Source: Dictyostelium discoideum
Lineage: Eukaryota
DNA: 64,000 nt
Reading direction: 5' to 3'
Assembly: GCA_000004695.1 (NCBI GenBank)
Contig: CM000151.3
Coordinates: 4,096,001 to 4,160,000 of the forward strand
Below, piece by piece: positions 10,680 to 23,820 of this stretch. Within the stretch, counting starts at the first letter, position 1. Each line of letters starts with the position of its first letter. The notes under the pieces are model-generated. The model saw only the letters and a program-made list of their open reading frames with translations. It was not told the origin of the DNA and did no database searches. A program made the position numbers and the translations under genes.

Positions 10680-11393
10680 TTATTTCATCCCGATGCAATT
10701 TTTATATATAAAATATTTTAATTTGTCGTGGTTTATGAAGTTGATTGTGTGCTGACAATTGAAAAACAAATGACCATAGGGATCATTATTCATTTCATTG
10801 TTGCAAATGGGGTAAACTTTGTTGTGTAGATGATTAATCTGAAGACATCTAGCATGGAATCTTTGCATTGTATCACGGCCTTTTGGATCTTTTAATTTTT
10901 GAATTTTGACAAATAGTTGGTCGTATGTGTATTTCCATAATAGTTGTATTGATTGTTGGTGCGAAGTAAGAAGTAAATCTGAATATTTCTTACCAATATA
11001 GTCTTTTGATTTGCATTGGTGATTGTTGAGTATTGTCAAGTAGATTTCTTTGAGTGTTGGTGGTAGTGGAATATTATTAGTGGTTAATGTTTGAGAGGTT
11101 TGATTTTTTATTAATATTGGTTGTAGGATTTGAACTTTATCTTTTAGATGTCCAATTTGAGTTGCATAGTTTTCCCATTCTTTTTTGATTTTTATAAGGT
11201 ATGGAGAAGAGATTGATTTGTTGATGATTTGATCCATCCAACTTATCATGTATATTGAATTGTTTGCAGATTTATGCATTTGTAAAAATCTGTTGTATAT
11301 CCAAATCTTTTGAGCAACTTGTCGTAATTGTATATTCCACATACCCCAACCACCTTCTTTTAATGGTTTTAATGATCTATCATAACACATCAA
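10680..11393 (-). pseudogene. TRE3-family ORF2 C-terminal fragment (copy B)
   Basis: Protein homology to 9028..10209 (GGWGMWNIQLRQVAQKIW…KDPKGRDTMQRFHARCLQINHLHNKVYPICNNEMNNDPYGHLFFNC). The coding sequence is truncated at both ends. Confidence 0.6.
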
Positions 11394-12027
11394 AGGTATT
11401 TTTGCACGAGAATGGATGGTTGATGTGTTGTTTTCAATGGAATTGGTATTGAGAGTTGGTGATTCAGAATTTGCGGGAGAATTCTTAAACCATGAGATTA
11501 ATTTATTAATTTGAATTTCTTCATCTTTTGTAAATTCTTCAAGATATGATAAATATGTTATTGGTGATAGTGAGTAGGTGTTTATGATGGTTGTTTTGTT
11601 TTTAATGTTGTGCCACTAGTTTTCCATAGTACTAATGATTTATTCAGTGTTTTCATTGTTTCTGGTAATTTCCTATGTAAACCATTATGATTAAAGAAAT
11701 AGCCTAGGACTCTTTCTGATTGATCTTTTTTGGTTATTGGTATTCTTTTTGATTGTGGAATATTGTTTATTATGTGTTTATCAGTGATTTTGTGGGGGTT
11801 GATTTCTATTATTGCACTTTTGTCAAAATTTAATGATGATGATGTTGAAGCACAGAAATTATCGAAATGTTTGATTGATTGTTGTTGTTGTTCGTAGAAT
11901 TTTTTTTTTTTTTTTTTGATATAAATAAACTATTGTAGTATACAATTAGTATGTTATTTTTATTTATTTATTTTGGGTTTTTTAGTTTTTGTGAATTTAA
12001 AATGGTATGTTATTTTAGATTAGGTAA

Positions 12028-12669
12028 TTAATAATTAATTGGTGGTGTAATTGTTGGAATTGGTTCATTTGTGTTTATGCTCCATTCTTTTTTAAATTTT
12101 TTGATGGTTTCAGACCATTGGGTTTCTTTTTGAGTTTTTGTGAAGTTGTTTTTAATTGAGTATTGGTTAAAGTTTGATAACGTTCTTGAATATTCCAATC
12201 TTATTAGCTTGTGCCATTTTGATTTTAATATATCATAATCTAGTGTTGTGTTGTTTATTTGGTTGTTCCAATTGTCAATTGATTGAGTTATATTGATGTC
12301 AAATAATGATTTGCATAACCATATCCATATTTGGTGAATAACTAATGAGATTATGTTCCAATATGCATGTGTTCTGACTAGATCAAGATTTGTGTTTATA
12401 TAATTCCAGTTGAACCTGTATTTTTTATATTGTGCGTTTTCTGCAAAATGAAAATTAATATTGATAGTTGGATCTGGTTTAAATGCTTTGTTGTTTGTTT
12501 GTGGTTTATAAATGAGTGTGTATAATTTTGTTGTTCGGTTTTTTGTTAGTGACCAGTTTTTGTTTCCATTGCAATTTTTATATATAAAATATTTTAATTT
12601 GTCGTGGTTTATGAAGTTGATTGTGTGTTGACAATTGAAAAACAAATGACCATAGGGATCATTATTCAT
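12028..12669 (-). pseudogene. TRE3-family ORF2 C-terminal fragment (copy A)
   Basis: Shares NNEMNNDPYGHLFFNCQHTINFINHDKLKYFIYKNC with copy B. Joined at ~12840 to a 5' ORF start (12767..13042, MADDHSTELQ…), which indicates an internal deletion. Confidence 0.55.
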
Positions 12670-13227
12670 TTCATTGTTGCAAATGGGGCAAACTTGTTGT
12701 GTAGATGATTAATCGGAAGACATCTAGCATGGAATCTTTGCATTGTATCACGGCCTTTTGGATCTTTTAATTTTTGAATTTTGACAAAAAGTTGGTCGTA
12801 TGTGTATTTCCATAATAGTTGTATTGATTGTTGGTGCGAAGTAACGATGGAGGTGCAATGATATCTAATTGATTATCAAGTCCTTTGTTAAGTGAGAGTT
12901 GGTTTGTTGGGGTTTGTTTTTTAGGTGTGTCGATTTTTGCACTTTTGTTTTTTGTTGTTGAGGTTGTGGAGGTATTATTTGTATTGGTTGTGTTGTTATC
13001 TGTATGATTTAACTGTAATTCAGTTGAGTGATCATCAGCCATTGTTGAAAAGTATACAGGACGATAGCCCTTGCTTTATTGAGCAAAAATAGGGTAAAAT
13101 TAAGAGGAATGAATGTGGCGGTGAAGATATAACAGTGATTTATTTATTATATGTATAAATTCTCGTTTATTTCTTTGTTTCGTTTCTTTCTAAACCTTTT
13201 TCCACTAATTTTTTAACATTCGTAGAA

Positions 13228-13239
13228 CAGAATCGAACC
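13228..13239 (-). promoter_or_regulatory. External B box downstream of tRNA-Gly
   Basis: The minus-strand sequence GGTTCGATTCTG lies 31 bp after the tRNA 3' end. Confidence 0.55.
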
Positions 13240-13269
13240 TATGATCATTCTATTTTTATAAAAATTTTG

Positions 13270-13340
13270 TGCGTATGCTGGGAATCGAACCCAGTTCGCA
13301 TCCGTGGCAGGGATGCATCATACCACTAGACCACATACGC
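13270..13340 (-). tRNA. tRNA-Gly(GCC), 71 nt
   Basis: The reverse complement GCGTATGTGGTCTAGTGGTATGATGCATCCCTGCCACGGATGCGAACTGGGTTCGATTCCCAGCATACGCA folds as follows. Acceptor GCGTATG/CATACGC. Anticodon stem CATCC/GGATG. Loop CTGCCAC gives anticodon GCC. T-arm CTGGG-TTCGATT-CCCAG. It closely resembles human tRNA-Gly-GCC. A T-run follows on the minus strand. Confidence 0.85.
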
Positions 13341-13587
13341 TTTTTTATATTTTTCTTAAAAAATAAGAAAATAAAAATTCGAAATTTTTAAATTTAAAAA
13401 ATTTTTTTTTTTTATTAATTTATATTTAAAAAATAACAAATCAAATAAAAAAAGTATTATAAATTATATTAATTTCAATAAAAAATTAATTAGTTATAAA
13501 ATTAAAAGTATTGGTAAACAAAAATGTGGGACAAAAAAAAAAATTAAAAATTAAAAAAGCATTTCATTTTTTGTAAAACATAAAAAA

Positions 13588-14088
13588 ATGAGTAACACTG
13601 AAACTACACCCACCAAAACAAAAAGCAGCAGTAGTAATAATAATAGTATTAGTAGTAGTAGTAGTAGTAATGTAGTAAGCAAAAAGCAAATACCATCACC
13701 AAACGTAGAGTTATTAGAGAAATTAGCAGCAACATCTATTCCCATCGCTTTACCACCTTCATATAAACCTGAAGCTAAATATGAAAAATATGTCAACCAA
13801 TTAGTAGGTAAATTTATTATGTCTGCTGCAATGTTTTCAAAAGATTTTTCAACTCCTAAAATAAAAAATATAGTGTAACTATTAAATAAAATAAAATAAA
13901 ATAAATAATAGTAAATAAAATAAAATAAATAATTAATTAAAATTTACAAATTTTATCATTTATTAGATTAGCACAAAAAGGTTTATTAATAAAAGTAAAT
14001 GAAGCAATTCAAATTATAGATGGAATAAATAAAGGAACTTTACATCAAGAATTAATTAGTATATCAGGTTCAAAATGTAACTATTATT

Positions 14089-14119
<31 letters not shown>

Positions 14120-14364
14120 TTATTATAACTCACATACACACACGCATACACAAATATATATATTAATATCGTAATTATTTAGATATTATTACTACAGTTA
14201 AACCAAGAAGTTATTATGGATTAAATACAAATTTAAATGTTGGTGGTGGTATTATAATAGTTTCATTAGAGAAATATATTTTAGTTTCATTATATCCTGC
14301 TTCAATTTTACCCACTGAATCAATACCATATGTTGAAAATTATGTTATAAATACAATTTTATAA
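13588..14364 (+). CDS. Small 193-aa protein of 3 exons (13588..13874, 13967..14076, 14183..14364). N-terminal Ser-rich region. The C-terminal part weakly resembles a Roadblock/LAMTOR3(MP1)-type fold.
   Basis: Both donors are GTAACT (13875, 14077). Acceptors are tattag|A and atttag|AT. The CDS totals 579 nt and is in frame. GSK…GGIIIVSLEKYIL resembles MP1 GSKL…TGLIVSLEKEL. The family assignment is tentative. Confidence 0.5.
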
Positions 14365-14398
14365 ATCAATGTGAAAATCAAAATCAAAAAAAGTTTTA

Positions 14399-14429
<31 letters not shown>

Positions 14430-14566
14430 TAAACACACAAAATTTGTAAATATATATAGGTATAGATAGGTAGATATAGATTAAATGGATACCATGAGGA
14501 ATTTTTGACAATAAAAAAAAAAAAAACATTTTTATTTTATTTATATAATTATTTTATTTTATTTAT

Positions 14567-14885
14567 TTATTTATTCCAATCAGAGATTAATCTTCTTTCA
14601 AAATTTTTAGATATATCATTTTGTTCAATTGTAAATAAATTTTTTGCAAAAATTGATTGAGTTGGTTGAGGTGATGATAAAAAAGGATTATTATTATTTT
14701 TTATATTATTATTATTCTTATTTTTGTTGTTATTATTGTTTGCTAATAATTTATTTGGTATCCAAATCATCATCCAAATAATACAAATTAAAAACACTAT
14801 TGTTTTATAAGACATTGTTGAAACAAAACTATCTAAAACTTCTGATAATATCTCTGCAAGTATTTTTGATCTAAACAGTTATAGA

Positions 14886-14921
<36 letters not shown>

Positions 14922-15375
14922 ATTAGTTATTATTAATAAATTGAAAAAAAAAAAAAGAATTTATATATATATATTTATAATTACTTTGGTAAAGTTGAAG
15001 GATCTTTTGCAATACATAATTCCCATTCAGTACATTGTTGTTCCATTGCAGGTATTCTAGTAAGTGGTGAACATCTATTTTCACTATATAATTTTGAACA
15101 TTTTTCAAGTTGTTTGGTCAATTCTGCAGAGTATTGTTTATATTTGAAATTTACATCATGTAATATACTATTAAATGTAATGTAAATAGCAAAAAATAAA
15201 ATACAAATTAATAGAAATCTAACTATTAAATATAAATATCCTTCTAAAACTTCTGATAATTTGTATGAATTGCTTTGATTTGTAAAATTATCATTATTAT
15301 TATATAATTGATGGTGTTGTTGTTGTTGATGATGATTATTAAATAAAATTGGTGGTGATAACATTGGTGAATAAC

Positions 15376-15415
<40 letters not shown>

Positions 15416-15655
15416 GCTATTCTTTAAACCATATCTTTGAAACCATGGTTTCTTTTGCAATGCTATTTGTTGATTATGAGGATGATGACCATGTCCTGCT
15501 ATACTTGCAGAACTCTTTTTCACCTTTTTTTCATTATTTATATTTTGTTGTTGTTGTTGTTGATGATTATATTTGAAATCATCAATTGTTACTTTATTTA
15601 CAATATCATTTATATCTTTTTCTTTTTCATTTTCTTTTTCATTATTTACATTTAT

Positions 15656-15686
<31 letters not shown>

Positions 15687-16042
15687 GGTAGTGGTGGTGT
15701 ATTATTATTACTACTATTATTATTATTATCTGGTGGTGTTATTATATTATTATTTGTTTGTATATTTTTAATTTGAATTTCATCAATTGACATTTTTTCA
15801 ATTGTATCTTGTGTAATTATATTTAAATTTGGTTTAAATAAAGATGGTGTCAAGGTTGGTGGTGTATATATTTTATGATCTGGATCCCATTCCATCTCGA
15901 AATCTAATGGTGTTTCATCTTTTTCATAAAGTTTTTTTTTCCTATAAAATACACTATGATCTGTTAATGAGGGTATCTTTTTTTCATTATTACTCCCATT
16001 GAGTTCTGTCATCTCTTTTTGATTTTTTTCATTAACAAACAA
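14567..16042 (-). CDS. Brr6/Brl1-like nuclear-envelope integral membrane protein, ~453 aa. Exons 16042..14985 and 14870..14567.
   Basis: Q/N-rich N-terminus. TM1 is YLYLIVRFLLICILFFAIYITF. A four-Cys luminal motif follows: KCSKLYSENRCSPLTRIPAMEQQCTEWELC. TM2 is TIVFLICIIWMMIW. This TM-Cys4-TM layout is the hallmark of the Brr6_like_C_C family. Donor CCAAA|GTAATT and acceptor tgtttag|A keep the frame. Confidence 0.5.
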
Positions 16043-16334
16043 TGAGAGATGGCAGCATTCGACGAAAATATAAAAAAAAATAAAAAATTTTCAAAAAAAT
16101 GGGGTAATACTGAGAATTCAAATTCAAAAAAAAAAAAATAAAAAAATAAAAAAAAAAATAAAAAAATAAAAAAAAAAAAAAAAAAAAAAAAAGTAAAATT
16201 CATTTACAAAATTTTGACAAACAAACGAACAAATAGATAGAGAAATAAATTAATAAATACATAAAATAAATAAACAAGCAGTATTAAATATGCACATTTA
16301 TTAAATTCAAAATTCAAAATTCAAATAAAAAGTT

Positions 16335-16365
<31 letters not shown>

Positions 16366-16419
16366 GAATTTGTTTTTTTTTTTTTTTTATTTTATTTTAT
16401 TTGTGTATATGTAATATAT

Positions 16420-16927
16420 ATGGGGGAAAATTCTATTTTTAGAGACAAATATTTAAATTCAAAGAAAAATAGTTCTGGTTTTAGTTTTTTAAATAAACCA
16501 GTAAATGATAATCCTTTTGTTAGGAATGAATCGGCCAATCCATTTGGAAATGGTGCAATTAATCAATCACCTCTAAATCCTTTCAAAAAAGCTTCACCTT
16601 TTAAACAACAACAGCCACAACCAATACAAAGGCAACAACAACAGCAACAACAACAACAGCAACAGCAACAGCAACCACAACAACAGCAACAACAACAACC
16701 ATTTCAACCATTTCAGTATCAGTCACCAAAAAAGATACAAAATCCAAATGTACCCATTTCTTTACCTCAACCTATAAATAATAATAGCACAACAACAACC
16801 ACCACATCAAATACACCATACAAATCGCCACAAACAATACAACAACAGCAGCAACAACAACAACAAAATGTAAATAATATAAAAAACACATCACCTTATC
16901 GACAACAAACAGAACAGCAACAGAGTG

Positions 16928-17024
<97 letters not shown>

Positions 17025-17197
17025 TAACAATAATATTAATAACCCAATCGAAATTGAACTTGATGACTTTGAACTTTCATTTTCTGATGACATTTTAAAT
17101 AAAAATAGTGGTGAATCCTCTTCTGCTCCTAAGGATATGGAAGTAGACTCTTCAAATAGTAGTAGCAGTGGTACTACCAACGTTAATAATAATAGTA

Positions 17198-17291
<94 letters not shown>

Positions 17292-20200
17292 TAAACCAAT
17301 AATTATTGAAGATATGGATTTTGATATCGACTTTGAATTTGATATTGATACAAATGTTGAAATAACAGGATCATCAAATGTAATAAATTCTACAGCAGCA
17401 AAAACGTCGACAACAACAACAACAACTACTACTACAGCATCTACCACAATACCTTCAGCCACGTCTATACTCAAAAATTCAACTACATCAAATACTTCAA
17501 CAACAACAACAGCAACAACAAAACCACCAATAATAAATTTAGATACAATTTCACCACCATTACAACAACAACAAAAATTAAATGTTACTTTACCAATACT
17601 TAAAACACCGCAAATTAATAAACCATTACAACCATCATTACCAACAAAACCACCAATAAAGAATAATACAACATTACCAACAACAAATAAATCACCAACA
17701 ACAACAACAACAACAACTAAATTTATTGATAAATTTAAAGGAATGAAAAGGTATACAAAAGATTTACCAGAAGGATTTGAAATTTCAAGTGAAAATCAAG
17801 AACCTTATAGAAATGAGAAAATGATTGGAGAATTTTTATATCCAGAGGATAATATAAGAGAATATCAATTTAAATTCATTCAATCAGCATTTTTAGAGAA
17901 TACAATGATTTGTTTACCAACTGGTTTAGGTAAAACCTTTATAGCTAGTATTTTAATGTTAAATTATTATCATTGGTTTCCGAAATCGAAATTGGTATTC
18001 TTGGTTCACACGAAATCATTGGTTTCACAACAGATCGAAGCATTTCATAGGGACACTGGTATACCGAAATCAGATTCAATTCAATTCACTGGTGACACCA
18101 CATCGAAATTGAAAAGACAGTCATTGTGGAATAGCAAAAGAGTGTTCTTTTCAACACCTCAGATTTTGGCAAACGATATCGGTAGTGGTAATTGCGACCC
18201 TCGCTCGATATGTTGCATAGTTATCGATGAGGCACATCGTGCGCAGGGCAATTACGACTATTGCGTGGCGATCAAGTTGATTCTAAAGGTGAATAGGTTC
18301 TTCAGGGTCTTGGCGCTCACAGCCACACCAGGTTCGAACAATGCGGCCATACAAAAGGTGATCAACAATTTACTGATCTCCAATATGGAATTGAGGTCTG
18401 AGGATTCCGCGGATATCAAACCGTATATTCATTCAAAGAAAACCGATGTGTTGTCAATAGCATTGAGTGACGACTATAAATCGATCATTAAAGATTATGA
18501 ATTTTTCATTGTTGATAAATTAAAAGTTTTGTTTGAGTTTAATATACTAAATCCAACCACCACACCCGATAGGGTTAGTCATTCTTTTATTTTGGAGAAA
18601 ATTAAGTCAATTCAGTTTAGCAATTCTCCAGTTTACGGAAGTGGTGGTAATAAATTTAAATTGTTAAGAGCTTTGGTTACTTTACAAACACTGTATCAGG
18701 GTTATGCTTTATTAAAAGTTCACGGATTGGAAAGTTTTTATGATAAAATTTCAAATTTAGAAGATGCATCATCAAAAACAATTAAAGCTTTCTCAAAGAA
18801 TGAAAATTGGAAACAATTTATAATTAAAATAAAGAAATCAATTGATAATGGTTTAGTACATGATAAATTAATTAAATTAAATGATGTTTTAATTGAACAT
18901 TTTCAATCCAATAATCCAAGATCTTCAAAAGTTATGATATTTGTACAATTTAGAAGATCAGTTCAAGAGATTATTGATTTTATTAGTAATAATAATAATG
19001 GTGGTGGTGGTGGTGGTAAATCTTTAATTAAAGTTATGCCATTCTATGGTCAATCAGCAACTGATAAAGGTGTTAAAGGTATACATAAGAAAGAACAACA
19101 AGCTATTTTAAATAGTTTTGTTAATGGTGATATCAATGTTTTAGTATCAACTTGTATTGGTGAAGAAGGTTTGGATATTGGTGAAGTGGATTTGGTTGTA
19201 TGTTATGATGTTCAACAATCATCATTAAAGAATACACAACGTACTGGTAGAACTGGTAGAAAACGTGATGGTAGATGTATATTTTTAATCACTCAAGGCT
19301 ATGAAGAATATATCTATGAAAAGTCTCAATCAAATTTAGATTCTTTATCAAATTTAAAAGAATCATCATTTGTTTTTCATTATTCTCCAAAAATGATTGA
19401 CTCAATACCATTAGTAAAATATATTAAAATTAATGAAAATAATATTTATTCAAATGATGATAATGATATAGAATTAAATGATGGTGGTGGTGATTATTAT
19501 GAAGATGATGATAGTTTATTTGAAAATAATAAGAAATCTACAACAAGTAGAGGAGTAAAGAATTCAAAAAATTATTTAGCAGATGATCAAATTAGGTATA
19601 TGCAATTAAATCATAATGTTGTAAATCATAAAACCAATTTCAATTATAAAGAGATATTATCAAAGAATAGTCATTTAAATTCTATTTCAACAGATATTGA
19701 AGATATTAAACATTCTGATAAAACAAATATTTTAATTTCAATTTCAAAATCAATTGATGCTATTAAATATTCTTCAGATTATACTGATTTATCAAAAATG
19801 CCTGACATTGTTAAAAAAGTAGTTAGTGAAATGCCATTAGATAATAATGATAACGATAATGATGGTATAGGTTTAGCTTATGATGATTCACCAAGAGATT
19901 ATGGTTATGATAGATATGAACCATTTACAACTTCCACTACTACAACAGCAATAGGGACTTCAATACCAACTACTGCAACTACTTCAACCACTATTAACTC
20001 TACTTCATATTCAACAAGTACAAGTACAAGTACAAATACAAATACAAAAACAACACTACCTTCAACTTCAACTATAAATAAAATATCACCACCACCACAA
20101 CAAAAACAACCAATAATTTCAACATCTAGTATCAATCAATCAATGAAAACTAATCCAATAATTATTTCAAATAATACTGTATTATCAAATTTAAATAATT

Positions 20201-20895
20201 CTTTGGGAAATAATTTTATTCCGTTTGTTAGAAAAGTAAAACAACCTGAACATAAGAAAGTATACGAGATTCCAAATTTACCTCCTGATGAAGAGTTGAT
20301 ATTTGATTTTTCAAAAATTTTATTAAGGGAGAATAATGAAAATGAAAAAATCATTACAACTAATGATTATATCAATACTCAAAATCAACCACAACCACAA
20401 CAACCAACACCAACACCAACACCACCACCTCCATCAACGCCAAATCTAACCCCTATCAAAAAAACCATTTCACCAACACCAACACCAACACCACAAATTT
20501 CAAAACCATTTCCATTATCACCAACACCACCAACACCAACACCCCCTCCCCCAATAGTTTCAAATCCATTGCCATCTTTTCAACAAAAACAACAACAACA
20601 ACAACAACAAATTTACATATCACCAACACCAACACCCCCTCCCCCACAAATTTCAAAACCACTACCATTGTCACCAGTTTCAAAACCACTACCATTATCA
20701 CCAGTTTCAAAACCAATCTCAATTCAATTAACACCTATTCAACCACCTCAAAAAACAACACCTACAACACCCGATTTAACACCAGTTAAAAGAAGAAAAC
20801 CTAAAAATCTTTTTGATAAATTTGATGACAATGATGAAGGAGATGATGCAGTCATTTTCGAAAATAATAATCTTAATAATATTATCAATCTCAAA

Positions 20896-20978
<83 letters not shown>

Positions 20979-21807
20979 AATAGTTTTAGAAAAAGTTGAT
21001 AAAAAATCTATTTTTAATTTAGACGATATTGATAATAATTTATTTACATTTGGTTTAACTCAACAACAAACTCAACAACAATTTCAAAAGAAAAATAGAG
21101 ATAGATATAGATTTGGAGATAGAGACAAAAATATAGATTCGTATGGTAATGATAAATTTTTTGAAGATTCTGAAGCTGAGGAAGATTCAGAAATCGAAAG
21201 AAGAAATAGTCAAGACGATGATGATGATGATGATGAAGAAGAAGATGGAATTGGTGAAAATAAATATGATTTACATGATTCATTCATTAATGATGGTGAT
21301 GAATCAGCCGAAAATTCATTAAGTTCTCAAAGTACTACTCCAACTAAAAAGAAAAAGAAGAATAAAAGAAAAAGAAAATCAAATAATTTTATATATGCAC
21401 AATCATTATTAAGTCAAAATTCACTAGGTTTTAATGGTGGCAGTAAAAGAAAAGGTGGATTATTAAGTGTAATTGAAAAGTTTGAAAAAATTGGCCAACA
21501 TGAAGAAGAATTTATCGATGAAAATGATTATACAGGTAGTGAAGATTATGATGATGAAAATGAAAATGAAAATGATTATGAGTCTGGTAGTGATTCAATC
21601 GAAGAAATTGATAAAAGTATAAATAGTAGTGAAGAAAAAAGACAAAAAAAATATCATCATCATAATAATAACAATAATAATCCAAAACTATCGTCAATCC
21701 ATTCAAAACCAATTATAGATTCACCAAAGTCAAATAATAGCAACAACAATAATAGTAATTCTAAAAATAGAAAAGATTTTTCCAATCATGATTTATTTTC
21801 TCTTTAA
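16420..21807 (+). CDS. fncM: FANCM/Mph1/Hef-family DEAH-box helicase (Fanconi anaemia group M homologue), 1795 aa, single exon
   Basis: The helicase core aligns with human FANCM. [42 protein letters not shown] matches [60 protein letters not shown] matches CLVIDEAHKALGNYAYC. RVLALTATPGSN matches RILALSATPGS. Helicase motif VI-like QRTGRTGRKRDGRC is present. Long polyQ/polyN/polyT and Pro-rich linkers extend the protein. Confidence 0.8.
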
Positions 21808-21917
21808 AATCTATAAATAAAAATAAAAAAAATAAAAAATAAAAAAAAAATAAAAAAAATGAAAAATAATAAATAATATTGATTGTTTAATTATTATTGG
21901 AGGAAGTTATGATTTGA

Positions 21918-21948
<31 letters not shown>

Positions 21949-22686
21949 TAACACACAACAATCAAAGGTAATTCGTAGAATGGGTTTTTTTTTTATTTTT
22001 TTTTTTTAAAATCTCTAATTATATAGATTTTTTTTTTTTTTTTATTATATGGTTTATTGGAAAAATCAGTACAATGACGTTTTTTTTTTTTTTATTAAAA
22101 ATTAAATTCCCAAAGAATAAGTAATAATATTAAATTTTATATATTAAATTTCTGAGAGAATGAAAAAAAAAAAAAAATTAAAATTAAAATCAAAAGTTGT
22201 TGTTTTTTTTGTGGTTTTTGTTATTATCATAAAAATAATTTTAAGTTGTTGTTAAAAATAACCACAAATTTTCTTGATTTTGATTTTATTTTTTTTCTTT
22301 TCCTTTTATTTTTTTTATTTTTTTTTATTATTTTTTTATTTTTTTTTAATTTTTTTTTTTTAAAACTTTTAGATATTAAATGATTGTTTATGATATTTAT
22401 CATACAAAATTAAAATTCTTTATATTTTACTCGGGTTAATAAGAATTTCTATCACCCAAATTGGGCTTATAGAAATTTTGTAGTTTCGAATTTTTTTTTT
22501 TGATCTCTTTTTATTGAGATGAAATTTTTTTTGTAATTTAATCATCAATCTAAATCAGGATTGTGGTAAAAAAAAAATTAAAAAAAATTAAAAAAATTAT
22601 TAAAAAAAAAAAAGAGTGCTGGTTGATGAAAAAAAAAAAAAATTTCAAAAAAAAATAATTTGCCATTGTTTAATATTATTTTCTAT

Positions 22687-22721
<35 letters not shown>

Positions 22722-22776
22722 AGAGTATATTTCATTTAATAAACAATATTAAATTTTTTTTTTTTTTTTTTTATTT

Positions 22777-22810
<34 letters not shown>

Positions 22811-23239
22811 CATTACCATTAATGTAGTCGCATCAATAAACTTTCAATAGTTAACAATCAATTTACAAAATCTAGATATTTTCTCTTTTCTTTTTTTTTT
22901 TTCTTTTCTATTCTTTTTCAAACAAAAAAAAAAAAAAAAAAAAACAATTATACATTTTTATATAAATATATATTCTTATAAATCCAAATTTTGGTTGTTT
23001 TGATTTTTTAATAATATTTTATTTCTATTTTAATTTTTTTTTATTTCAAATAAAAAAATATTTAAATAAATAATATTCAAATAAAATTAAATTTGTAGGT
23101 ACAAGTATAAAAGACAACACAAAAATTATAAACACACACACATTGCAATTTATTCATACTCACACATAGATATATTTATCTTCAGTGACAAAAATAAAAA
23201 ATTTATAAATAAAAAATATTAAATCAAAAAAAAAAAACT

Positions 23240-23270
<31 letters not shown>

Positions 23271-23485
23271 AAATATTTAATGATTGATTAAATTTTAAAA
23301 AAAATAAAAATATCAAACAATAATATCAACTAGAACTGGTTAAATTTTTATAAATTTATAAAGGTAATTGTTTTTAAATGATGTATAATTATTTTATTAA
23401 AAATTTATTTTCTTTCCTTTTTAAATTTATTTTTTGGGCAAAAAAAAAAAAAAAAAAACCAACCATCAGATGTTAGTTACAATGG

Positions 23486-23522
<37 letters not shown>

Positions 23523-23787
23523 TAAAAAAATTACAAAAATCTTCCAAAAACAAAAATGGTTTTCTTTTTTTTTTTTTTTTTTTTTTAAATCACAATTTTT
23601 CCAAATTTCAATGATGGTCAGTAAAATATTGGTACTTTTAAGTCCTTGTTTTATATTAAAAAAAAGATTTCATATTATTTTGTATAAAACACTTTTTATA
23701 GTGGTGTTTTTAAAACTATTATTAAATTTAATGTCCCCCTCTTTTCTTTTCAATTTTTTGTAAATGTCACTTGCCTCAAATATTACC

Positions 23788-23820
<33 letters not shown>

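Larger units (their letters stand above)
10379..13065 (-). mobile_element. Composite of nested TRE3-family retrotransposon fragments downstream of tRNA-Gly. It includes an internally deleted minus-strand copy (~13065..11895, ending in A18), a 5'-truncated minus-strand copy (~11894..10600), and a short plus-strand ORF2-end fragment (~10440..10520).
   Basis: Minus-strand ORF2 C-terminal homologs occur at 10680..11393 and 12028..12669. Blocks 10790-10975 and 12670-12840 are near-identical. A poly(T) run at 11895-11912 is the oligo(A) tail of the upstream copy. 10441-10515 is ~75% identical to the 3' coding end of the first TRE3 element (10140-10215). A 10-bp tandem repeat (gatttatttg x6) sits at 10541-10600. 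Confidence 0.6.

Noticed and set aside
16896-17474. 192-aa minus-strand ORF, poly-Leu/poly-Val
   Set aside because: Antisense of AAT/ACA repeats inside fncM. No start context and no complexity.
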